A DNA stretch of 64,000 nucleotides. Origin: Eledone cirrhosa. Lineage: Eukaryota. Location: positions 18,104,001-18,168,000 of the forward strand of contig OZ024766.1 of NCBI GenBank assembly GCA_964016885.1. Direction: 5' to 3'. A program made the translations under genes and the position numbers. Positions 54,727 to 64,000 of the stretch are shown here, piece by piece (position 1 is the stretch's first letter; each line of letters begins with the position of its first letter). The notes beneath the pieces are model-generated. The model was not told the DNA's origin. It saw only the letters and a list, made by a program, of their open reading frames with translations, and ran no database searches.

Positions 54727-55066
54727 CTGAAATAGAATTGGACAAGTATTTATACACACACACATACATATATAACTATGTAGCTTGTTCCCTTCCTTCT
54801 ACGGTTAGCTCTCCTCTTTGTTGTTATCTTGTCTCACTCGCTTTACGCGTTTTAATTGTCCTAATAACTTAATTTAATTATTATTGCACCGACGTGAGGT
54901 ATATGATTTTTAATGCAATGAAATATCTATGATCGTCGGCAAATCACTGATGAGGGACTTATTTTATTACATGTTATCCATGTGCAACCTGCAGTATTCT
55001 TTTCCCCATTTTTTCATATATATATATATATATGGATATATATATATATATGGATATATATATATA

Positions 55067-55635
55067 TGGAGACACATGGCTTAGTGGTTAGAGCATTGGC
55101 CTTGCAATCAAAAGGTTGTGAGTTCAATTCTCAGACCGGATGATGTGTTGTTTCCTTGAACAAGACACTTTATTTCACATTGCTCCAGTTTAACTCAGCT
55201 GTAGAAATGAGATGATAGGGACTGGGGTCCCTATCATTCCACTGTAAAGTGGTCGTGGAGGTGCCATGGCAAAAAAGCACCCAGCACTCACTGTAAAGTG
55301 GTCGTGGAGGTGCCACGGTAAAAAAGCACCCAGCACTCACTGTAAAGTGGTCGTGGAGGTGCCACGGCAAAAAAGCACCCAGCACTCACTGTAAAGTGGT
55401 CGTGGAGGTGCCACGGCAAAAAAAGCACCCAGCACTCACTGTAAAGTGGTCGTGGAGGTGCCACGGTAAAAAAGCACCCAGCACTCACTGTAAATGAGGT
55501 TGGTGTTAGGAAGGGCATCCAGCTGTAGAAATCAAGCCAGAATCAGTTCCCGTATGAGCAAGACAAGTTCAGCCGACCGGACAACCCGTCTAACTCATGC
55601 TAGCATGGAAGAACGGTGATGATGATGATGATGAT
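55067..55635 (+). mobile_element. CORE-type SINE with 5 internal modules and an alternative tail
   Basis: Head and core as at 31479. The tail resembles 44790-44910. Confidence 0.85.
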
Positions 55636-55685
55636 ATGTGTGTGTCTGTGTGTGTATATATATACACATGCACATATGTATCTAT

Positions 55686-56925
55686 ATCCCAAAAGTCAGC
55701 TCAAAAGTGACACAGAGGAGACTGAGGTTAGCTGGACATGCTCACCGACATCCAGAGTTGACACTGCACTCAGTGCTCCATTGGGAGCCCCTACATGGAC
55801 ACACTGGAAGAGAGAGACTGAGGTTAGCTGGACATGCTCACCGACATCCAGAGTTGACACTGCACTCAGTGCTCCTGTGGGAGCCCCTGCATGGACACAC
55901 TGGAAGAGGAAGACTGAGGTTAGCTGGACATGCTCACCGACATCCAGAGTTGACACTGCACTCAGTGCTCCTGTGGGAGCCCCTACATGGACACACTGGA
56001 AGAGGGAGACTGAGGTTAGCTGGACATGCTCACCGACATCCAGAGTTGACACTGCACTCAGTGCTCCTGTGGGAGCCCCTACATGGACACACTGGAAGAG
56101 AGAGACTGAGGTTAGCTGGACATGCTCACCGACATCCAGAGTTGACACTGCACTCAGTGCTCCTGTGGGAGCCCCTGCATGGACACACTGGAAGAGGAAG
56201 ACTGAGGTTAGCTGGACATGCTCACCGACATCCAGAGTTGACACTGCACTCAGTGCTCCTGTGGGAGCCCCTACATGGACACACTGGAAGAGGGAGACTG
56301 AGGTTAGCTGGACATGCTCACCGACATCCAGAGTTGACACTGCACTCAGTGCTCCATTGGGAGCCCCTACATGGACACACTGGAAGAGAGAGACTGAGGT
56401 TAGCTGGACATGCTCACCGACATCCAGAGTTGACACTGCACTCAGTGCTCCTGTGGGAGCCCCTGCATGGACACACTGGAAGAGGAAGACTGAGGTTAGC
56501 TGGACATGCTCACCGACATCCAGAGTTGACACTGCACTCAGTGCTCCTGTGGGAGCCCCTACATGGACACACTGGAAGAGGGAGACTGAGGTTAGCTGGA
56601 CATGCTCACCGACATCCAGAGTTGACACTGCACTCAGTGCTCCTGTGGGAGCCCCTACATGGACACACTGGAAGAGGGAGACTGAGGTTAGCTGGACATG
56701 CTCACCGACATCCAGAGTTGACACTGCACTCAGTGCTCCTGTGGGGGGAGCCCCTACATGGACACACTGGAAGAGGAAGACCAAGGTTAACGTATGTTGA
56801 TGCCCTAAGGACAGACACTGGTCTGTTGGAGACGCAGGACGTGGCAGCGATAATGAGGGACAGAGACCGCTGGAGAGAACTCGTCCATGGATCTCGGGAA
56901 TTTTACCCCGCCTTAGATAGATAGA
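55686..56925 (+). mobile_element. LINE ORF2 3' end (RLRLAGH family) with eleven tandem 96-bp in-frame duplications
   Basis: 32-aa unit RLRLAGHAHRHPELTLHSVLLWEPLHGHTGRG x11. Monomeric relative at 39134-39465. Confidence 0.9.
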
Positions 56926-56974
56926 TGTGTGGGTTAAACAATATATACAGAGTTTAAGAATAAAGGGTACCAAC

Positions 56975-57037
56975 CTGCTCAACATATCCCATCAAAGCAG
57001 ATCTGCCTAGAGGGGCCTCACTTAGACATGTCAAAGC
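56975..57037 (-). CDS. RSPH14: RSPH14 coding exon
   Basis: ttttag| ALTCLSEAPLGRSALMGYVEQ |GTTGGT, 63 nt, phase 0/0. Compare ALTMLAEAPEGRKAL. Confidence 0.85.
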
Positions 57038-57124
57038 CTAAAATGTAATATTATTAGAATTAAACTTTAGCTGTGTATATATATGTATATATATGGCGCT
57101 ACACAGTCATACAGAAGACCCACC

Positions 57125-57785
57125 TTGTGGTGGTGGTGTAGTGATGGTTGTGGTGGTGGTGGTGGTGTAGTGGTGGTGGTGTGGTGGTGGCGGTGTTGGT
57201 GGTGATGGTTGTGGTAGTGGTGTTGGTGGTGGTGGTGGTGTAGTGGTTGTGGTGTTGGTGGTGGTGGTGATGATGATTGTGGTGGTGTAGTGGTGTTGGT
57301 GGTGGTGTGGTGGTGGTGTGGTGGTGGTGGTGTAGTGGTGATGGTCGTGATGGTGGTGTTGGTGGTGGTGGTGTGGTGATGGTGGTGTAGTGGTGATGGT
57401 GGTGGTGGTGGTGTAGGGGTGGTGATGGTGGTGGTGGTGGTGGTGGTGGTGGTGTTGGTGGTGGTGATTGTGGTGATGGTGTTGGTGGTGGTGATGGTGG
57501 TGATGGTGTTGGTGGTGGTGGTGTTGGTGGTGTAGTGGTGGTGGTGTGGTGATGATTGTGGTGATGGTGGTGGTGATGATGGTTGTGGTGGTGGTGTAGT
57601 GGTGGTGGTGGTGTAGTGGTGATGGTGGTGGTGGTGGTGATAGTGTAGTGGTGGTGGTGGTGATTGTGGTGGTGATGGTGGTAGTGGTGTAATGGCGATG
57701 GTGGTGGTGTAGTGGTGGTGGTGTAGTGGTGGTGGTGGTGGTGGTGGTGTAGTGGCGGTGGTGGTGATGATGGTGGTGGTGTGTG
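57125..57785. repeat. (GGT)n microsatellite
   Basis: Direct inspection. Confidence 0.95.
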
Positions 57786-57819
57786 GAGGGTTAACAAGAA
57801 AAAGGAGGGCATCACATAC

Positions 57820-57925
57820 CTTCAGAGCATTAATCCTCACTTCGCTGTTTTCGTCATTGGTCAGCTCAACGAGAGTGTACAGGGCTGGCAGAGCCTTGTA
57901 CTTGCCTGCGGTTGTTATTGTAATC
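57820..57925 (-). CDS. RSPH14: RSPH14 coding exon
   Basis: cctag| (M)ITITTAGKYKALPALYTLVELTNDENSEVRINALK |GTATGT, 106 nt, phase 2/0. Confidence 0.85.
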
Positions 57926-57953
57926 CTAGGGGGGACGTACAATAGAAGAAGAT

Positions 57954-57992
<39 letters not shown>

Positions 57993-57995
<3 letters not shown>

Positions 57996-59197
57996 GACAA
58001 AACCCTGATTCCGTCAGGGAAATGGCCATGTTCGATATGCAGAAAAGGAACTGGCATAAATTCTATAAAATGCACACAATGCAGATCCTGGGTACACAAG
58101 AGATGTAGCGGGGTAGCAGGCAAACTAACAGGTAGGGAGAACTATGTACGCAGTAGATGTACAGGGAAATTAGACAGTAGAAGTCGCACTGATAGACACA
58201 TTTTTCAAATGCAGGAGGGCGCTATACATTTTATAGAATTTATGCCAACTCCTTTTCTACATATTGAACATGTATATAGTGTGTGGGGTACTTTAAAATC
58301 TCTCTCTATATGGGAAGAGACTGTGAATGATATAACTTGAAAAATCATTGAAATATTGAAGACAACTGATAATAAACGGAGCATATATAAAAATAGAATG
58401 TGATGTTAAACATTTCTGTTGATTTCTCCAAGGTTTTACAGAAAAGCTATGTAGGAAACTAACAGGATAACTAACAGGTAGGGAAAACTACATATGCAGT
58501 AGATGTACAGGGAAATTTGACAGGAGAAGTCGCATTGATAGACACATTTTTCAAATGCGAGAGGGCGCTATAGAAGTGGTCGATAGCTTCCGGTACCTAG
58601 GAGATCAGATTAGCATGGGAGGAGGGTGTTCCGAGGCCATAGTATCTAGAATAAGGACGGGTTGGAAGAAGTTTAGGGAGCTGCTTCCTCTGTTGACGAA
58701 GAAGGGTTTTTCCTTGCGTACGAAAGGCCGGTTGTATGATGCCTGTGTGAGGAGCGCGATGCTGCATGGTAGTGAGACATGGGCAGCAACTGCAGAGGAT
58801 ATGCGACGGCTGGAGAGAAATGAGGCAAGCATGCTCCGTTGGATGTGCAGTGTAAATGTGCGTGAATGACCCAGCATAAATGTGTTGAGAGAGAAACTGT
58901 GTCTGAGAGGGATAGAATGTAGTGTACGGGAGAGGAGACTGAGGTGGTATGGACATGTGATGCGCATGGAGGATGACCGAAGGGTGAAGAAGTGCCAGGA
59001 AATGCCAGTTGAAGGAAGACGTGGTAGAGGTAGACCACAAAAAACATGGGCAGAGGTGGTGAGAACAGACCTCAGATCATTGAAGCTCACGGTGGAGATG
59101 ACGAAGGACCGTGACGAGTGGAGAGATGCTGTGCTGAATAGGACCCGTCCCACCCTTGCAAGCAGGGGGAAGTGGACGTAAAATGATGATGATGATG
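57993..59197 (+). mobile_element. RTE-clade LINE fragments with a PHD-like Cys-rich insert and complete 3' end
   Basis: KWPCSICRKG...SIKCTQCRSWVHKRCSG, then IEVVDSFRYLGD...LRWYGHVMRM...GRPQKTW, (GAT)n tail. Confidence 0.9.
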
Positions 59198-59228
<31 letters not shown>

Positions 59229-59376
59229 CACATATACACATATATATACACACACATATATAACACACACACATATATGTATACATACACATATATACAC
59301 ACACATATATATAAACTCACATAAAAACACACATACATACACACAACCCCCCCCCACTCACACACACACACACAAA

Positions 59377-60432
59377 ACAGAGGACCCTAATATAAACCAG
59401 ACCCTAATATAAACCAGATCCTAATTTAAACCAGACCCAACACAACAGAGGACCCTAATATAAACCAGACCCAACACAACAGAGGACCCTAATATAAACC
59501 AGACCCAACACAACAGAGGACCCTAATATAAACCAGACCCAATACAACAGAGGACCCTAATATAAACCAGACCCAACACAACAGAGGACCCTAATTTAAA
59601 CCAGACCCAACACAACAGAGGACCCTAATATAAACCAGACCCAACACAACAGAGGACCCTAATATAAACCAGACCCAACACAACAGAGGACCCTAATATA
59701 AACCAGACCCAACACAACAGAGGACCCTAATATAAACCAGACCCAACACAACAGAGGACCCTAATTTAAACCAGACCCAACACAACAGAGGACTCTAATT
59801 TAAACCAGACCCAACACAACAGAGGACCCTAATATAAACCAGACCCAACACAACAGAGGACCCTAATATAAACCAGACCCAACACAACAGAGGACCCTAA
59901 TATAAACCAGACCCAACACAACAGAGGACCCTAATATAAACCAGACCCAACACAACAGAGGACCCTAATATAAACCAGACCCAACACAACAGAGGACCCT
60001 AATATAAACCAGACCCAACACAACAGAGGACCCTAATTTAAACCAGACCCAACACAACAGAGGACCCTAATATAAACCAGACCCAACACAACAGAGGACC
60101 CTAATATAAACCAGACCCAACACAACAGAGGACCCTAATTTAAACCAGACCCAACACAACAGAGGACCCTAATATAAACCAGACCCAACACAACAGAGGA
60201 CCCTAATATAAACCAGACCCAACACAACAGAGGACCCTAATATAAACCAGACCCAACACAACAGAGGACCCTAATATAAACCAGACCCAACACAACAGAG
60301 GACCCTAATTTAAACCAGACCCAACACAACAGAGGACCCTAATATAAACCAGACCCAACACAACAGAGGACCCTAATATAAACCAGACCCAACACAACAG
60401 AGGACCCTAATATAAACCAGACCCAACACAAC
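59377..60432. repeat. 34-bp minisatellite (~29 copies)
   Basis: Unit acagaggaccctaatataaaccagacccaacaca, starts at 59445 and 59479. Confidence 0.95.
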
Positions 60433-60462
60433 AACAACAAGAGAGACACAAAGTAGACTTAC

Positions 60463-60579
60463 ATAGTAAGGGCTCCAGCAGCTTTGGCCCTTACAATGTC
60501 ATTCCTGTGGTGCAGCAGCTTTGTTAAGGGTTCAACAACTCGATCCTCTACAGCCTTTACCTTTCCAGACAGCGGGACA
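60463..60579 (-). CDS. RSPH14: RSPH14 coding exon
   Basis: caccag| (S)VPLSGKVKAVEDRVVEPLTKLLHHRNDIVRAKAAGALT |GTAAGT, 117 nt, phase 2/2, armadillo-like. Confidence 0.85.
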
Positions 60580-60590
60580 CTGGTGAAGAA

Positions 60591-61456
60591 GGGTCAGAGA
60601 TTGACCCCAGGAGAAAAGTGAAGGGATTAGTGTTAGATAGGTTGTCATGGTTTTAGGGGGTAGGATCAGGGATTGACCCCAAGAAAAAATTGAAGGGATT
60701 AGTGTTAGATAGGTTGTCATGGTTTTAGGGGGTAGGATCAGGGATTGACCCCAAGAAAAAATTGAAGGGATTAGTGTTAGATAGGTTGTCATGGTTTTAG
60801 GGGGTAGGGTCAGGGATTGACCCCAAGAAAAAATTGAAGGGATTAGTGTTAGATAGGTTGTCATGGTTTTAGGGGGTAGGGTCGGGGATTGACCCCAAGA
60901 AAAAATTGAAGGGATTAGTGTTAGATAGGTTGTCATGGTTTTTTTAGGGGGTAGGGTCAGGGATTGACCCCAAGAAAAAATTGAAGGGATTAGTGTTAGA
61001 TAGGTTGTCATGGTTTTAGGGGGTAGGGTCGGGGATTGACCCCAAGAAAAAATTGAAGGGATTAGTGTTAGATAGGTTTTCATGGTTTTAGGGGGTAGGG
61101 TCGGGGATTGACCCCAAGAAAAAATTGAAGGGATTAGTGTTAGATAGGTTGTCATGGTTTTAGGGGGTAGGGTCGGGGATTGACCCCAAGAAAAAATTGA
61201 AGGGATTAGTGTTAGATAGGTTGTCATGGTTTTAGGGGGTAGGGTCGGGGATTGACCCCAAGAAAAAATTGAAGGGATTAGTGTTAGATAGGTTGTCATG
61301 GTTTTAGGGGGTAGGGTCAGGGATTGACCCCAAGAAAAAATTGAAGGGATTAGTGTTAGATAGGTTTTCATGGTTTTAGGGGGTAGGGTCGGGGATTGAC
61401 CCCAAGAAAAAATTGAAGGGATTAGTGTTAGATAGGTTGTCATGGTTTTAGGGGGT
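60591..61456. repeat. 72-bp minisatellite (~12 copies) abutting an RSPH14 splice acceptor
   Basis: Unit gggattgaccccaagaaaaaattgaagggattagtgttagataggttgtcatggttttagggggtagggtcg. Confidence 0.95.
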
Positions 61457-61710
61457 ATATATATATTAATATAAGTATGCACACGTACATACATATATGT
61501 ATACAGACCTACAGTAGTATCTATATATATATACATACATGTACACATATATATATGTGTGCATGTATGTATATGTGTATGTATGTATGTATATATATAC
61601 ATATATATGTATATATATATACATATACATATATATATATATACCTGTACAAGTATGTATATATATGTATATATATATATATATATACATATATATGTAT
61701 ATATATATAC

Positions 61711-62320
61711 ATGGTGGCTGCCAACTCGTTTTCGAGTACGGCCACTACTTTACATCCATGTAGGAGAACCCCTACCGATGCGCTGAACGAGTGTGACTTT
61801 TTAGTCCAGCCAGCGACTTGAAAACTCTGGTACAAACACTACACTTGTGACAATTATTGACACATAGTGCTGGGCCCATGGTACCATGTGACGACAAATG
61901 CAGAGAGATCTCCAGATATAAAGCAATGCCTGTGCCGTGAAGCTTTTATAGTGAGCAAAGGCACTGCACAAAGCCAGTCCCACTCTCTTAACCAAGATGA
62001 TATTTACCAAAAAGAAGAACAAGTCAACATCATTGGATACCATCAGAGTCGCAGGTGTTATATCAGAGTTTTCCTTCTCCTAGAATTCTGCCTTGACAAA
62101 GGCTAAGGGGTCATCTCTCCCGGTGATTTTGGATGGCCATTGACTCTTAAGAGCTCCCTTGCCCTTTGACAGGTTTTGTTTTTAGTCCTGCAGGATGTCC
62201 AAAGTCACCCTCCTCACCAAGAAACCTTGGTGGGGTTGCCAGTTTAGTCGCCAACGACCCGACCATGAGACAGGTTGTACTGGAATACATGTTACCAGTA
62301 GCACCAACTGGTGACCTGAC
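61711..62320 (+). mobile_element. Unclassified ~600-bp interspersed repeat (copy 2)
   Basis: Near-identical to 38522-39120. Confidence 0.8.
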
Positions 62321-62359
<39 letters not shown>

Positions 62360-62427
62360 CATACATACATACATACATACAGTACAGGTATATTTATATA
62401 TATATATATATATACATGTACAGGTAT

Positions 62428-62473
<46 letters not shown>

Positions 62474-62525
62474 CATACACGTATAGGTATATATATATAT
62501 ATATACACCTATACGTGTATGTATG

Positions 62526-62556
<31 letters not shown>

Positions 62557-62773
62557 GAATTGGTGCTCTGAAATAGCCATATATATATGAATGTATATAT
62601 ATACATACATACATACACGTATATATATATACATACATACATACACGTATATATATATATATATATATGAAGACAAACATAGAATATTCGAAAATATTCT
62701 GTATGTTTATAATAAACATTTTGAAGACCTAATCGCTATAGAATAGAATACGTCACGTATTACAATTTGAGAT

Positions 62774-62858
62774 TCTCGATAAAAGCAAGGGAAGTAATCT
62801 ACGCGTTTCATTCTTGTTAGAAATCTTCAGGATTACATATCCAGTGCTTTTATCGAGA
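62774..62858 (-). ncRNA. Penelope-type minimal hammerhead ribozyme with extended stem I, sense in RSPH14 intron
   Basis: Minus strand: TCTCGATAAAAGCA..GTAATC-CTGAAGA-t-TTCT-aaca-AGAA-t-GAAA-CGCG-TA-GATTAC..TGCTTTTATCGAGA. Confidence 0.85.
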
Positions 62859-62943
62859 ACGACACAGCTAGAGACTTATAGAATACTTAGCTGTGTACAG
62901 GAACTGGTTTGAAAGAGCGGTAGCCGGTCCGGCAGAAATTAGA

Positions 62944-63135
62944 ATTTGGATTTAATGCTCTGAAATAGCGATATATATGTGAAGATAGACATAGAATATT
63001 CGAAAATATTCTGTATGTTTATAATAAACATACAGATGGGTCTTCAAAATGTTTATTATAAACATACAGAATATTTTCGAATATTCTATGTTTGTCTTCA
63101 CATATATATCGCTATTTCAGAGCATTAAATCCAAA
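62944..63135. repeat. Inverted repeat of an AT-rich element, with a third partial copy at ~62555-62730
   Basis: 62944-63031 is approximately the reverse complement of 63049-63135. Confidence 0.85.
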
Positions 63136-63185
63136 TATATATATATATATATATATACATATATATAATCAATATTAATACATAC

Positions 63186-63334
63186 CTGAGATCAAGAATA
63201 CAAATGGCTGCCTTGGCACATATAGAGATGTCTGGGTGATTGAGGAGGTCACGAAAGCAAGCCATTGCTCCAGCTCGGAGTGCCTCACTTGTGTTGACCA
63301 TCATACAGAAGTGGAGGGTGTCCAATGTCAGGGT
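63186..63334 (-). CDS. RSPH14: RSPH14 coding exon (most 5' exon in window; gene continues to the right)
   Basis: ctacag| TLTLDTLHFCMMVNTSEALRAGAMACFRDLLNHPDISICAKAAICILDL |GTATG, 149 nt, phase 0/2. Confidence 0.85.
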
Positions 63335-63362
63335 CTGTAGGGTGGAAAACAGGGGATAGATA

Positions 63363-63407
<45 letters not shown>

Positions 63408-63684
63408 TTACCAAAAAGAAGAACAAGTCAACATCATTGGATACCATCAGGGTTGCAGGTGTTATATCAGAGTTTTCCTTCTCCTAGAATTCTGCCTTGA
63501 CAAAGGCTAAGGGGTCATCTCTCCCGGTGATTTTGGATGGCCATTGACTCTTAAGAGCTCCTTTATCATTGGATACCATCAGGGTTGCAGGTGTTATATC
63601 AGAGTGTTCCTTCTCCTAGAATTCTGCCTTGACAAAGGCTAAGGGGTCATCTCTCCCTGTGTGTATATATATATATATATACAT

Positions 63685-63717
<33 letters not shown>

Positions 63718-63752
63718 CATACATACACACACACACATATATATATATATAT

Positions 63753-64000
63753 ATGGTGGCTGCCAACTCGTTTTCGAGTACGGCCACTACTTTATATCCA
63801 TGTAGGAGAACCCCTACCGATGCGCTAAACAAGTGTGACTTAGTCCAGCCAGCGACTTGAAAACTCTGGTACAAACACTACACTTGTGACAATTATTGAC
63901 ACATAGTGCTAGGCCCATGGTACCATGTGACGACAAGTGCAGAGAGATCTCCAGATATAAAGCAATGCCTGAGCCGTGAAGCTTTTATAGTGAGCAAAGG
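63753..64000 (+). mobile_element. Unclassified ~600-bp interspersed repeat (copy 3, truncated by window edge)
   Basis: Same 5' end atggtggctgccaactcg as at 38522. Confidence 0.8.

Noticed and set aside
54885-54985. Hammerhead halves (aatca-CTGATGA-ggga; acc..ggt-a..tgatt)
   Set aside because: No GAAA in the right position and the halves are in permuted order, so a complete motif cannot be built.
55616-56985. Novel 32-aa repeat protein gene
   Set aside because: It is a tandem duplication of a LINE ORF2 fragment inside an RSPH14 intron, starts in a microsatellite, and is open in three frames.
57067-57942. Pro/His/Thr-rich 291-aa protein
   Set aside because: Only 57820-57925 is an exon. The rest is a (GGT)n tract.
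60532-61602. 356-aa ORF with 24-aa repeats
   Set aside because: A 72-bp intronic minisatellite that begins in a microsatellite and is out of frame with the RSPH14 exon it runs into.

Overview
Animal genomic DNA, very rich in (TA)n/(CA)n microsatellites, minisatellites and retroelements. The SINE/LINE content suggests an octopod cephalopod (inference). Two spliced protein-coding genes can be rebuilt by hand with GT-AG introns and consistent phases. One is a complete 5-exon, 189-aa two-LIM CSRP/muscle-LIM gene (+, 41768-52222). The other is the last five coding exons of a convergent RSPH14-like armadillo-repeat gene (-, 63334-54643). Nearly all supplied ORFs are microsatellite artefacts. The most striking unexplained signal is about 15 hammerhead-ribozyme motifs from at least six sequence families, several with compensatory base changes. 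Most sit in head-to-head inverted (foldback) insertions next to (TA)n tracts, some lie in the introns or 3' region of the two genes, and a decayed Penelope-like GIY-YIG remnant is nearby. An 81-83 bp tandem array also carries a full hammerhead core in nearly every unit. A second theme is that several minisatellites are amplified fragments of LINE ORF2 C-termini (RTE, CR1, L1/Tx1-like) or of a SINE-internal module. All structures were read by eye, with no folding or database searches.
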